DNA of 64,000 bases, taken from contig NC_058368.1 in assembly GCF_018350175.1 (NCBI RefSeq), forward strand, positions 233,494,001 to 233,558,000. Reading direction: 5' to 3'. The first letter of the stretch is position 1; every line of letters begins with the position of its first letter. Both the position numbers and the translations under genes were made by a program. The notes under the pieces were generated by a model. The model did no database searches, was not told the origin of the DNA, and saw nothing but the letters and a program-made list of their open reading frames with translations. This document shows positions 1-12,870 of this stretch, in pieces. This stretch comes from Felis catus (taxonomy: Eukaryota).

Positions 1-522
1 CTTCCAAGATGGCGCCAGCGAGCCTCACTTCCTGGTACTTACATTCTTGTACTGTCCCTCCCCCACACAGGGACTCGCATAGGGGTGACCTGCGTCATCA
101 AAAGGATGCTGCAGAAATTCGAGAAATGGCTTCCAAAGGCTAGAACGTAAAAGAATTGCAGTTTCCCCCTGACTCTCTCTTGGATCCCTTGCTCTGGGGA
201 AGTGAGCTTTTGTGTTGTAAGAGCGCTCAAGCAACCTACGAACAGGCCCAGGGATGAGGAACTGAGGCCTCCAGCCAACAGTTGGGATAAACTGCAAATT
301 ATCTGAGGGGCCACCTCGGAGGCAGATCCCCGCCCCCCCCCCCCCCCCCAGCAGCCTGCCCAATGGCAGGCCTGAATCCTCACAAGAGAGTGTAAGGCAG
401 AACCACCAGGCTAAGTTGCTCTCAAAGTCTGACAAACAGAAACTGTGAGATGGTGTCTATTGATGTTTTACACCACGAGGTCTGGGGGATACTCTGTTAC
501 GCAGAAAGTGCTAACTAAGACA
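1..522 (+). mobile_element. MaLR (MLT1-type) solo LTR
   Basis: Typical MLT1 segments gaggaactgaggcctccagccaaca, gaaactgtgagat and terminus ctaactaagaca. Confidence 0.75.
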
Positions 523-1879
523 GCATGGGAGCCTTCACCAACGGCCTGAGGTTGGTGGCATGGCCACGCATTTTTACAGGTCTCTCTGTTCCTGGATTGT
601 ATCACAGGTACTTAAAGATGTTCTGGGACCCTGTTTAGACACAGCTGCATGTATCTTCACGTTTTAAATACTCCATGTGTGACTTAGAAGTATTTCCTGA
701 GATAGGAGAGATATTGCTGATTTTTGGACAGCTAAGTCTGGAAAGGGCAATTTCTAGTGTTAATACACCTTGTTAGATAGTGGGAGAATGTTTTTTTCTT
801 TAATTCTTTAGGTGAAACACTTAAAAACCTGAAGGCAGGCCAGTGTTTTAAATAATCTTACTCCTTAACATGTGTGAATGTTCTTGAAATACATCTATTT
901 TTTTTTTAATCTCTCAAAATGCTAAGGACTTAAAAAAAATTTTTTTTTTACCTCTGATTCTTCATTTATCCAATGCTTCCTTAGTTCCTACTGATATGTA
1001 ACTTTTTTCTGTGATTCCCGTCCCAAGATGCATTTCTCATCATACATTTAGCTCTGTGCATGCTTGGGCCACGTTCAACACTAGCTCTACGCACCTATCC
1101 TAAATTCTGAGGTCAAACTGAGATTTGTCTTAGCTGTGTATTTCAATTGCAGTTAACTATGTTTCTTAATAATGAACTTCAAAAATCACTGACTTGAGGC
1201 AACTAGACTGGAAGCCAGCATCATGCACCAGAAAGGGTCTGGGCCTGAGAGCAAAAGGCAATTCGTCAATGCCCAGCAAATTATAGATGTGTTTGTGGTT
1301 GTTGTTCTTGAACTATTGAACAGGGTGGGTGATAACGTGAAGGTGGGATGAATGAATGAAAACAGATGCACAAGGTACTTATGGAGATAACCTGGTGAGA
1401 ATAAAAAGCATCACTGCAATATAGTTGAATGGATGTAAGGACAAAGCCCAAAGGCTTTTTGTATGAGGAACGGGGGTGAGGGGAGTCAGAGAGGAGTGAG
1501 GGACCGGGCACCCATGTCTGGAAGGGTTGTGTCCTGCAGTCGGGAGATGGGAAGCACGGGAGGAAACCCCCTCCCCATGCTGAAGTGAGAGCCTGCACTG
1601 CTCCTCTCTGGAGCTAGGGGAGAAGGAGGCCTCTCACGGTTCTCCTTCTGGACCTCAATCCGATGCTGGTAACATGCTGGTTTTCCAAGTACTGTGATTT
1701 CAGGAATGGCTCCCTGGGAAGAGACGGGACAGACTATGGGAGACTTGGAAAGCAGGAACTTTCACCATCAATGAATTAAGGTGCCTATCAGTCCCGTGTG
1801 ATACTGGTCACTGGTTGGCCACACCCCAGAAGCCCATCATTCCTGATGGACAGGAAATGCTAGCTTCACTGAGGCCCTG

Positions 1880-2090
1880 ACCCTGCCAAGCTTGTCTTGA
1901 GGAATTGGTTCTTATATCAAGAGCCCACTGACCCTACCTTCAATCTTACTACAATGCTGAGCGTGCTGGGCTCCAGAGATGCCGTGAGATCTGACCATGA
2001 GCTTCCTAGAATAAGCACTCCAGAAACCACCTCTCTCTCTTGGGAAGGAAGGTCAGCCATAGAAAGCAGGGCCATGATGGACAACACAAT
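1880..2090 (-). mobile_element. L2 3'-end remnant
   Basis: Degenerate L2 terminus (tactacaatgctgagcgtgctgggctccagagatgccgtgag). Confidence 0.4.
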
Positions 2091-2289
2091 CTAATACCAT
2101 GAAGAAGATTCTATTTTCTTCTCTTCATGTGAAGAACCCAAGAGGCAGCAGAAGGGCGGGTGGAACCGTGTTAACAGTTTCAGCAGAGGTAGGACTTGGG
2201 AAGACACGAGCTCCCAGGTGAAAATGTCCCCCGTCTGGCGAATGGCTCCCCAGACTCGCTGAGGAGCGGGGACAGAGGGACGTACATAC

Positions 2290-2438
2290 CTCACATTGGT
2301 GTGTCGCTTAACATACAGGTTGTGAAAGTTGTTTGTGTTTTCCATTTGGCCGGCTTTGGGGCCCTGCAGCCTCTGGATGATCTCAGCTTTCATCTCCATG
2401 GCTATGTGAGCCGGCAACAGAGACAGCAGGAGACGCTC
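2290..2438 (-). CDS. ADCY2: Internal coding exon (149 nt, phase 0 start, phase 2 end) of adenylate cyclase type 2, at the start of the C1 cytoplasmic region; probably exon 5
   Basis: Minus strand reads ctttctcccacgcctcgtttcag|GAG CGT CTC CTG ... CAC ACC AAT GTG AG|gtatgt. The translation ERLLLSLLPAHIAMEMKAEIIQRLQGPKAGQMENTNNFHNLYVKRHTNV(S) matches ADCY2 just before the SILYADIVGFT catalytic motif. Canonical AG/GT boundaries. Exon number is from memory. Confidence 0.96.
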
Positions 2439-2486
2439 CTGAAACGAGGCGTGGGAGAAAGACCGAGAGATTTCAAATCATTAAGG
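2439..2486 (-). promoter_or_regulatory. 3' splice site of the ADCY2 exon: putative branch point, polypyrimidine tract and CAG
   Basis: Minus strand ccttaatgatttgaaatctctcggtctttctcccacgcctcgtttcag; branch-like CTTAAT at 2485-2480. Confidence 0.7.
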
Positions 2487-3659
2487 TAACATCCCAGCGA
2501 TATTGGAAACCACCGCCGATCTGCAGTGGGGCCAATCTGAGGACTCTGTCCAACAAGCTACCATATGGAGTGTAGAAATACATGTTGAAAAAAAATCAAA
2601 ATTTCTCAGGTCAGAGTGTGTTATATTATTTATTGAGTTCTGAGTGTGTGTTCTTCAGAGTGGGGAATAAAGGAAGGCAAAGTTATTTCCCCCAAGGGTA
2701 TTATTTATCTACTTTGATTTTAAAGTAGTAAAGCAGAAATGATATAAAAATGCCAGAAACCAACGGTCAGTCTGAGATAGAAAACACTCATTTTCGCCTG
2801 CCTGTTCATTTGAGAGATAAAGTACAAGCTTTATTGCATTTCGGAAAGTCAACAAATACTCCACATTTCCTAAATGAGACAGTCAAATATTTTCAAATAT
2901 CTCATTTCCTCTGTGATGACCATCCAATCCCCTTTAGCGATTCTAAACTATCATAAAAAGATGGATACAGAAATAGCATCTGCAAAATGTCATGTACAAA
3001 AGACTACGGGGGGAGCACACAGAAATGATCAAGTAGGAGCCTTTCTTGTGTTTTTGGTTTTTAAGTACAGTAAACAATAGCATATAATATTACACTTATT
3101 TGAAAATGTACTTATTGTAGTTAGAGTGGCATTTTTTCCCCCACTCTCTTCAAGGAAAATATGCAATATTTTTGGAAGAAAGTATCATAGAAGAGCATTC
3201 TTTGAAAGTTTATACTCATCCTTAATCATTTTAAACATTAATTTATGGTAGAAGATGCCACACTCTTTACGTATGGCGCATTTGGCAACCGATATTTGGT
3301 GTTGGTTTAAAAAACATTTGTTGAATGAAATCTTTTCTCTATCTTGCACAGTTTCTGTCTCTTGTTTCTTTCTTAATTTTTTTTTTCCTTTGGACAAAGT
3401 GGTGAAAAAATAGTGGGGGAGGGCAGGGGAAGCTGGGCTTTGCTCCCAGGTTTACAGGGCTGGTGTCCCTCTCTGGGCCATTCCCCAAGGCAGATCATTT
3501 TGGTGGCTGCTGGGAACATCCACCGAAGGAGCAGAGGAAAGGCCAGGAGTACATCCTGATGCACATGAGAAGACCCCCGCAATAGCCCGCCCCCAGCCTG
3601 CTCCAGTTAGAAACAGCTGCAAAGCCAGAAGGAGGCCGAGTGGGCACCTATGGTAGGGA

Positions 3660-3890
3660 TCTCAGTGCCTGGTAGAGTGCTTCACCAGACACTGGCATAA
3701 CTGAGTGCTGCTCATTTGTTCAGTCATTCATCAATTTATTCACCGATTCAGAAAACATCCATCATTGCCTATTAAATGCCAGACCCCATGATAAGCACTA
3801 ACGGTAGATGCAAAGAAGATAGAGTCAACATCCGTGATATCATGTTGTTCATACTCCAGCAGGGAGCCCACCCACAGTACCCTTGCCATC
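3660..3890. mobile_element. L2/MIR 3'-end remnants
   Basis: cagacactggcataactgagtgctgctcatttgtt followed by cagtcattcatcaatttattc. Confidence 0.4.
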
Positions 3891-4199
3891 AGATGAGGCC
3901 AGAGGAACAGGCTGGTGTTCGAAGGAAGCCGCATGCCTGAGATCTGGGAAACAGAAGGGAAACGAATAGTCCAGGAGGACGTGCTATTCATGTGACAAAA
4001 ATGAGTCAAAACACCACCCCTATCTGATTAGTATTACCAATCTCCTTGCAAAAAGAGGCAGTTAGGTAGAGGGCAAAGTGCTAACAGCTGTCATAACCTA
4101 TGTGCTGGCCCTGACATGCCAAAGAGAATTTTATTGGTACTTAAGAGATTAAGAAGACACCTTTTATTTAATAATTACGTTCTTACTTTTGTTAAATTC

Positions 4200-5350
4200 T
4201 TCTTGATGATTCCATTTAAGTTCATAAAATGGAGAAATCAAAAGTTTTTAATAAGCTAAATGTCCATATATACATCTGGGAAAATATAAATTAATATTAA
4301 TTGTGCAAAATAATGAGGATAATGTCTTGGGTCATCTAAAATGTAACAGGTATGAAATCCACAATGGCATTAACACTAAAAGTGAAATGGCAGTAGTGGA
4401 GTTAACATGTTCTGAGGTCCTAGGATTGTATGGGAAGTGGCACAGGTAGCAGTTTATACTAGACGACAGTAAGTGAAGAATGGATGCGAGTTCCACATTA
4501 GCCACAAAGAGTGAAAGAATGTATGACTAATAGGCTAACAGTAAAAATGAGAAAGGAATTCTTATTTATTCAAAATAAGTCATAATGAAGAATCAAAGAA
4601 AACTTAAAACAGGTGAAACAAGCAGAAAATAAGTCATAAAATGGTCTGTTATATCAGAAATTACATTAAATGTAAACGAACTAGCTTTTTCCGCCATCTT
4701 GGAACCTGCTGGGAACAGGACTCCTGAAGTGACAAATATGTCTGGAAGGCTCTGATCCAAAGCCATTTTTGCTGGCTGTAAGTGGGGTCTCCAGAACCAG
4801 AGGGGGCACCCAGATCTTCTTAAAATTGAAGGTGTTTGTGCTCGAAATGAAATTCAGTCTAGGCAAGAGATGTGCTGATGTGTACAAAGCAGAGAACAAC
4901 ACAGTGACTCCTGGTGGCAAACTGAACAAAAGCAGAGAAACCTGGGGAAAAGTAACTCATGTTCATGGAAACACTGGCACGGTTCGTGCCAAATTCCGAA
5001 GCAACCTTCCAGCTAAAGCCGTTGGCCACAGAATCCGTGTGATGCTGTACCCTCCAAGGATTTAAACTAACTGAAAAGTAAATAAAGAAAGGTGTAGATT
5101 TGTTCTCTTATAAAAAGAAATATAAACGAACTAAATATTCCAATTACTTGGCTAATACTGTCCAGACTGGATTTAAAAAAAAAAAAAAGACAAAATGTAA
5201 TTCTAATTATTCCAGTAGTACACCTTAAATATAAGAATGCAGAAATTCAGAAAATAAGAAAATATACAAAAAAAGATAAATCATGAAAACCTTAATGAAA
5301 AGAAAGCTGGTATAACTTAATACCAAAATGATAGACTTCATAGATACTTC
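4200..5350 (+). mobile_element. Old L1M fragment (inter-ORF/ORF2 start), split by the RPL35A retrocopy
   Basis: A-rich; removing the insert restores atatcagaaattacattaaatgtaaacgaactaaatattccaatta, matching the L1 ORF2 start (ITLNVNGLN.PI). Confidence 0.65.
4684..5117 (+). pseudogene. RPL35A: Processed pseudogene of ribosomal protein L35a (eL33)
   Basis: Intronless; ATG 4738 to TAA 5065 encodes MSGRL*SKAIFAG...LLKIEGV...LGKRC...NNTVTPGGK...[27 protein letters not shown]. Premature TGA at 4753-4755 and a 5-nt deletion/frameshift near 4851. 5' pyrimidine leader, AATAAA 5081-5086, short A tail, and TSD aaat(g/a)taaacgaacta at 4668-4683 and 5118-5133. Confidence 0.96.
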
Positions 5351-5671
5351 AGTCTTTGGGGAAAGGATAGAGAAGTCCACATACATTTTAGAGAAAACAA
5401 TTTTTTTTTTTGAGAGAGGAAGTACTAGTGTTTGCTGTGGACACTGGAGATACATTTTTGAGTGTGGTTCCTCCCACTCACAGAGACTGGTGACATAAAG
5501 GTAAGTGAAGGGAGACCTTGTATGTTGCTTTATTGCTCAATTCCTAGAAGAATTCCTGGAAAGGAGTATTTGCACTGTAGTTATTTGTTGAATGAATGAA
5601 TGACCTGCCATGCATTTTATCTGGGATACATCAAAGAAAAATCTAATTTTGAAGCTTCTGTTCACTGTCAG

Positions 5672-6109
5672 TGATGACCGTGGTGGGGACCTGGGGACCT
5701 GGGGACCTAGGTACGCAGTGCTCATATTAAAGATTTTCTTGATCACAAAAATTTTTCCCAGGCCCAGGCAAAGTCGAGATCAGTGATGCTCACACAAAGG
5801 AAACCTTAACTATTCTGCAAAAGAAGGTAGTGATTGCTTTGGGTTCTCCCGTCTGGTAGACTATCACACTGTGGTTATGGGCCCAGGGAATGGAGGGAAG
5901 GAGTGGACAGGTCATGTAGGGTGAGGAGGGACCCCAGTTTCGTATGAACAGGCTGCACCCAAGGAAAAAGAGCACATTCCAAGTGCCCCCGTGTTGGGAA
6001 ATGGCTGAGCACTGATAACCACTTGAAACTACATTCTGATATGATTCCTATCCTAAGCTCAAAGTCCCTTCTGTTACTCCCCAACTTTCACTAAGGATCT
6101 AACAATACA
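5672..6109. mobile_element. Possible solo LTR of unidentified family
   Basis: ~440-bp block with TG...CA ends and near-matching 4-bp flanks (tcag/gcag); contains (GGGGACCT)x3 at 5685-5708. Confidence 0.3.
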
Positions 6110-6662
6110 GCAGCATCATGTTAGTTTAAAGTGAAGAAATTCTGAACCTAAGCAAAATGTTGCAAGAGCAGAAACCATGTCTGACTGCGTGAGACATCTC
6201 AGCGGGCAGCCAGGGGCCAGGATAAACAACACCAAAGGGTTGCAAAATGTTGAATTCAATAAAGGAATTAAAAAAAGCAAGTAATATTTTGGTTGAGTAA
6301 AGAAACAGGTAGCCCCAGAGAAAAAGGAGCCATTTGGAGCCCAGAAGCCCAAGCAACTACTAATGACATGAAAATAGATACTCACAAAGGAGTCATTATG
6401 TTAAAAATCTATTTCAACAAATAGGGGAAGGCCAGTGAGGGACATGTGAAATGGCCATCAGAAATAATCAAGAGGCCTGTCTGCTCATACTCTACAGACA
6501 TGAATAGAGCAGCCCCGGGTGGAAGCAAAGGGAGGCATGTTGTTCCAAGATGCCATCAAATCTCTGTCATGATCACAGCAAGCAGACACAGACTGTACAT
6601 TTGTCAACTTCTAAAACAGTAGGAAGGAATGTTAGCTTGTACAATATAACAGATTACAAATC

Positions 6663-6868
6663 GGGGCACCTGGGTGGCTCAGCCGGTTAAGTGTCCAACT
6701 CTTGATCTCAGCTCAGGTCATGACGTCAATGTTCATGAGTTTAAGCCCCACGTCAGGCTCTGCGCTGACAGCACGGAGCCTGCTTGGGATTCTGTCTCTC
6801 CTTCTCTCTGCCTCTCCTCTGCTGTGCTCTTTCTCTCAAAATAAGTAAATAAACTCAAAAACAATTTT
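6663..6868 (+). mobile_element. Can-SINE (feline SINEC type)
   Basis: GGGGCACCTGGGTGGCTCAG head, (CT)n, A-rich tail, TSD aacagatta(c/t)aaatc. Confidence 0.92.
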
Positions 6869-7038
6869 AACAGATTATAAATCTGGACCTAGGCTATCTT
6901 TTATGAAATCCCAGTGGAATCTGTGTGTCCACAGACATGTCTAGAGATTCGCTTAATTACATTAGAACCAAGTGTGTATTCTTTGTGATGGGTGATGGGG
7001 GACTTGAAGGCTATGAAAAAACAAAAGTTACCACCTCA

Positions 7039-7255
7039 GGGGCACCTGGGTGGCTCGTCGGTTGGGCGGCTGACTTCGGTTCAGGTCATGATCTCATGGT
7101 TCGTGAGTTTGAGCCTTGCGTCGGGCTCTGTGCTGACAGCTCGGAGCCTGGAGCCTGCTTCGGGTTCTGAGTCTTCCTCTCTCTCTGCCCCTCCCCTGCT
7201 CGCACTCTGTCTCTGTCTGTCTCAAAAATAAATAAATGTTAAAAAATTTTTTTTA
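7039..7255 (+). mobile_element. Can-SINE (SINEC_Fc type)
   Basis: tRNA-derived head, gagcctggagcctgcttc body, tail; TSD aaaagttacca..tca at 7023-7038 and 7256-7271. Confidence 0.93.
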
Positions 7256-7399
7256 AAAAGTTACCAGGTCATAATGCTCAATTTATTGAGTTCTGCTCTA
7301 CTATCTTACGATGATGGCCTGTGTGTACATGTGGATTCTGTGCGGTCTTCCGTAGAATTTAAAACAATCAGTAGACCTTCTCACTGTTGATACTTGTTT

Positions 7400-7765
7400 C
7401 TAACCACACTTCTTAGCCAATGCTGTCCTGCCCATGTTCTACTCTGTCTTCCCTGGAGGCCATCTGCAGCCTACTGTTCCTTACATTTCTGTGTCTCAAC
7501 CAATGAGGAAGTAACTGGTGGATAAGCACTCCAGCTTCCGCACCCACACCCCCCAGTGGGTGGGAAGATCTGAGCATGATCCACACCTCCCTCTGAGGGT
7601 CTTCAGCAGGGTTGAACCCCAGATGCCACCAATGGCCCCTTCCAATAGCTGACCTCCCTCCCTGGTCCACTCCCTCACTCTGCTACCTACAACCACTTCC
7701 CAAATGAATGATTATAACCAGGTCCTTGTCTTAGGGTCTGCGTGGGGGTAAACCTCACTGAGACC
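7400..7765 (+). mobile_element. Old LTR remnant (MaLR/ERVL class)
   Basis: Terminal ccaggtccttgtcttagggtctgc...aacctcactgagac is typical of old MLT1/LTR16-like ends. Confidence 0.5.
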
Positions 7766-8007
7766 TTCCAAGCATCTTCTCTCATATACTCTGTAATAAG
7801 AACAGACTAAACCCCAAAGCTCACAGAGGTAAGCCTTTCCTCAAGGACAGAGTCCATGAATAAAAAAGAAGAATCCAATATAGTAACTCTCTTTCATGCC
7901 CATAGCTTCATTTAATGACCAAATGTAAATTATGATTTTTATTTTAGACTCAAATGTAGACGGATGACTGGCTTTTTATAGGTAGTTGCAAAAATACAAG
8001 ATATGTA

Positions 8008-8015
8008 TGTGTGTG

Positions 8016-8092
<77 letters not shown>
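8008..8092. repeat. Compound (TG)n(TA)n microsatellite
   Basis: Directly visible. Confidence 0.97.
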
Positions 8093-8096
<4 letters not shown>

Positions 8097-8384
8097 TAAG
8101 CCAAAATTTTCTTCTTCTTTTTATAAGTGTTCAACAATCCATGTGAATTTAGACTGGAATTAAGATTTTAGTAACAGCCAACCAGACAGATAAAAGAACC
8201 CAAGGCTTCCCCACTACCATGCAATTCTGGTACCACCAGTGGATCGTACAACCTCTGATCAGAGCTCATGAATGGGGTCCATGCTTTGCTGTCTGCCCAT
8301 GTCCTCTTGGTGATCACAGCATTGGGCACGAGTGTGAGCCTCAACTAAAAGCCTGTACTGAAATGTGTGAATCTAGATACCTTC

Positions 8385-8608
8385 ATTTTATTTTTTATTT
8401 AAAAAAATTTTTTGTTTATTTATTTCTGAGAGAGAGACAGAGTGTGAGACGGGAGGGGCAGAGAGAGAGGGAGACACAGCATCCGAAGCAGGCTCCGGGC
8501 TCCGAGCTGTCAGCACAGAGCCCGATGTGGGGCGGGAACCCTCGAACCACAAGATCATGACCTGAGACGAAGTCGGGCGCTCAACCGACTGAGCCACCCA
8601 GGCGCCCC
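8385..8608 (-). mobile_element. Can-SINE
   Basis: Reverse-complement SINE ending gagccacccaggcgcccc; TSD tagatac.tt. Confidence 0.93.
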
Positions 8609-11600
8609 TAGATACTTTTAAATTTATCTTTTTTTCCCTTATAAAATGCTATACTTTGAAGAAAAAAAAAGCCCAATATTATGACACACATGATAAATTT
8701 CAACTAAATTCATAATGTGACAAGATTAATATTTTCATTAATACTTCAGCATTTTGCTCATGTAGCCACATGCCCTCCCAAATTATCTGAAAGCAGCATA
8801 CAAATGTAAGTGCTTAACACTGGACATAACCTAGCTACACTGTCCTTCCAGGCACACTGGAGAAACTCTTTGAGGGGACATTTGGAAACTTAACTTGTCA
8901 TTAGACTGACTGATGCACAGCATTTCTACTCTCTCTTCCTAGTAAAGACCATCTTAAGGACAGAAAATGTGACTGATTCTGGCATATTCAAAGGTTATCG
9001 ATAAATAACTTGGCGTTGGTATGAGGGGTCCATTTCAACACATCCTTTTTATTAAACCTCCGATTATTATTCATTAATTTTTTCCCCTATAATTTGTCCT
9101 TTGAAATGCCTCATGGAAGAGATACAGAGTTAGTAAATTTCAATGCATTCTTGATGAAAGTTTAGGACACTCTGGGCTCCAAAGTGTTTCTAATATAATG
9201 AAACAAAGGAGACATTATACCTTTCTATTTTTATGCTCATCTGGAGATTATTTGGGTTGATAGGAAAATCCAATTAAAGCAAAGAAGACGCGTACTTAAA
9301 TTTTGAGCTAAGATATTATAACGCATGTGATGCCTGTGCCTTCAATAAGCCATGCATGTAATAAAAATTTAAATCTGCTGAATTTTTCAAAGGGGAGAAA
9401 GACAGTGACATTCTCCTTTTGTAAACTTAAAAAAAAAAACCGCTTATCTTTCAAAATTCTTACTTCTATTTTGTGCTTATTTTAAGCGCAATTCAGTCAT
9501 ATCAGGATGCCAAACCAATGCAATGAATAGAAGGGATATTGTTACAGATGTTTCTCCTCCCAACAAAAAGTAGCTATCAGAATGGAAATTCCAGATTCCT
9601 AAGCAGCCACTGGGTTCCCTGTGGTGCTTAGGAGACAGACGATGTCTTTCAACACTGTCCTGCAGCATGAAAGGACAACGGGTCCATTCAGGAACAAATG
9701 CTAAAAACACGGTACTTGGAAAACACCTGCCAGGGACATAAAGATATGTCAACACCTTTTCCAGTTCATATCTTCCCTTGCAGCCTGCTTCATGTCTGCT
9801 GGTCTCAGAAAATAAGCATCTTCCCCTGATACCAACCTTGAACAACAACGTCACATCCCCCAAATTAAGGTCTAGTAACAACTACTACTGTTGCTGTTTC
9901 CTGTTATTAAATTTAGTTTGTTTCTTTTAGGCCCTTCCTTAAAAATCCTGCGTCACGTCAATTATTCAGGATACACTGAATACTCTTCTTGTTTTAATGG
10001 CCTCGCTTCATCTTTCTTTGTCTTAAAAAAAAAATTCAGTTACAAACATACTTGGAGAGTAGCAGCGCTCTGTAGGAGAAACAACACCAAAATGGAATAA
10101 GACGTTGGCTCCTGACCTTTTTCTGTCATTATCTAGAACACCTCAACCAAAGCACTCCAGCCTTTGAGTCCTAGTGTGGCGGTCTAAAACTTTTATCTAT
10201 TGAGCTAGGTGAGCCGACAGTCTCTGTGTCCATGTGGATTCCTAGCACTTGATGGAACCACAGGAGACCCTTTCTAGAATTTACGTCTCAGCGTTTTGGA
10301 GTTGAACAATTGGTAACACATGGAAGAAAGAACCCAAGTGCTCAAGTCCCAACATGGTGGCACAAACTGTCAGCGGGACTGTGAGAAAGGAGTGACCACT
10401 TGGAATCTTGACAAAGGGGACAGGAGACGGAGCGTGTGCTGGCTCCTGAAGAGAGACTTCAACGCAGAGGAGGAGGAGAATGAAGAGACGGAAGTCCCGG
10501 TGTGTCATGTAATGGCCAGTGTTTGTGGGCACAGGGAAAGCTAGCCTCTTTATCTCACAGTCTAGGAAAACGGGACTGCTTCGTGCGAGTTAAAATCAAC
10601 ACATAGTCAACAAATCACCATTTCCTTTCACAAAACGGTAAGTCCTTTCATGACATACTTACACTGTTGCCTCATTTTACAAACCCTGGTCACATTCAAT
10701 TTCATTTAAATTTAAACATTTTTGACCAAAAAAAAGGGGGGGGCAAACTAGATATAGGTGTGGTTCACAGGGATAGAGTGAGGGGGTGTTCACTAGGGAG
10801 TCCAGACCAAATGGAACTTGTGTCTTCTGGCTTCACGGCCACCGATCACTCTTTCCACCAACTCGATTTGCAAGCTCAGTGAGGAGACCGAGAGGCTTTG
10901 AGAGTGCGCATCATTATTCACAGACGGTAGAAGAATAAATTTTCACTATCTGGTGACGACTCTCTAGTTCAAAGAAGTTAGAGAACAAAGCCAATCAAGT
11001 CCAAGTATAGACTATACTTACTGTCATGGCTGATGGCAAATTGATACTCTTAACCTTGAACTGTTTACCGTCAACTGTCAATTCAATTCTCAAAAAGAGA
11101 GCCTCTGCTGGGGAAAAAAATCACGGATAAGGTGGAAATCTTCCATCCTTGGAGGGGAGAATATGGAGGTCCTAAAAGAAGAGGCACTGCTCTTTTCCCC
11201 GACCAGCCTGCGGGACAGGCCACGGCACACAGCACCCAGAGCAAGATGGCAGGAGGGGTCCCGAACAATCACGTGCACCTGTCAGGCCCCTGCACCCACG
11301 AGGTCTGAGCACAACACAACTCAACACCGGCAGTGTTGAATCACCCAAAGGAGATCTCAAAATGCAAACAGACCTCCGCCATCACATGACACAAAGTAAA
11401 AAAGTAAAATGCTCCAGAGTGGTGTTCATTCTGGTCTCATTTGCCTTTTTCCAAGATTATCTGCCCACAAGCAAGGAACACCCTCCGGCCTGAAACAGGT
11501 GAAGCTAGTTGTAGAAAAACACTGTAGAGAAAATGTGTGAAGACCGACCAATCTCCCGGATTTTGCGGGGGAAAAAGCCCTGTGACGTACAGGTGGCCAA

Positions 11601-11789
11601 AAGATTTCTTCTGAGAAGAAGGGAGGCGGAGATGCTGATAATCCCAACGACAAGAGGAGGCGACAACAAGAGATAAAAAGAAGTCGTACTGGAGTCAATG
11701 TGAGGAAAGATTACAAAGAGGGAAACAGAATAATTTGAGGTTCAGATGCAGTCCCTCAAGGAAACCACCACAGATGACTAGAAACACAA

Positions 11790-11950
11790 CTCAGTCGTAG
11801 GCACACAACACCGGCAGTAGAGGAAATTGTTCCGGAATACGTCGGCACTTTCTCCTCTTGCCCTACGCACTGCAGGCGTGGCCATGTGACTCGGTGTGAC
11901 TGGTCAAACGTGAACAGCAGGACGTGTGCTCCTTCTAAGCGGAACTCCAA
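11790..11950 (+). mobile_element. MLT1-type LTR fragment
   Basis: ggcgtggccatgtgactcg...tggtcaaacgtgaacagcaggacgtgtg motif. Confidence 0.45.
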
Positions 11951-12640
11951 GAGCCAGCGTGGAACTCACCATGTTTGTGTCTCCGTCTGCACTGGGGGCC
12001 GGCAATGTCCTGGGCATCTGTGAAGCACTGACTCTTCCCCCAGCAGACTCAGCAAGGCCAGGTGGCCGTGAGGGGCACGCTGGCAGGTCCTCTGGACTTC
12101 AAAGCCCGCACTGCTGGCCAGGGTCGGAGGGGCTGGGGTGTGACCGTCAGGCTGCCTTCTACGGGGTGCGGGCACCCCACCCCGTGTGCAACGTTTCAGT
12201 TCTAATTAGCATTTCTGTTTCCATGAGAAAAAAACAGGGATGACCCATCTGAAAGACTTTTCCTAACTGGAGGCTGACATCGCGAGAATCGACCCATTGC
12301 CCTTGGGGGCAGGTGCCATACTCTGCACAAAGCGCTGTTGTCTATACTCTCCTGTCAAGGTTTTCATTCTTACCGAATACGAACGCGATGGGCTGGCATC
12401 GGCCCACCGAGTGCTCCCATTCTGGAGAAGGCTGGCCATGCGACATTACACAGTGGCATCATCTGGGACAGGTACTGAAAGAAGGGCCATCGGAGTCTGT
12501 CTGCTGGGTGCCCAGCAGGCTCCTTCCCTGACAGACGTGAGTCTTCAGGTTCCCTTGGTCTGATCCCTCGGTGGCTCCGGATGCTTCCGTAATAAGCCTG
12601 GATGCTTGGATTTACGAAACAGTTAAGAGCAGGCAAGAGA

Positions 12641-12870
12641 GGGGCGTCTGGGTGGCTCAGTCAGTAGAGTGTCTGACTCTTGATCTCGGCTCAGGTCATG
12701 ATCTCACCGTTCGTGAGTTCGAGCCCCGTGTCGGGCTCTGTGCTGACAGCTCTGAGCCTGGAGCCTGCTCTGGATTCTGTGTCTCCCTCTCTTTCTTCCC
12801 CTTCCCAACTCACACTCACGGTCTCTCTCTCAAAAATAAATAAACATTAAAAAAATTTCTTTTTTAAAAA
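12641..12870 (+). mobile_element. Can-SINE
   Basis: Head with A/B boxes (gttcgagcccc), (CT)n, aaaaataaataaac tail. Confidence 0.93.

Noticed and set aside
2091..2289. ORF-track extension of the ADCY2 frame past the donor (RYVRPSVPAPQ...SSWY*)
   Set aside because: ADCY2 similarity ends at the canonical AG|GTATGT donor; the remainder is intronic read-through with no support in the sequence for being used.
4769..5065. 98-aa ORF ending in RPL35A-like sequence
   Set aside because: Product of the pseudogene frameshift; non-ATG start and out-of-frame N-terminus.
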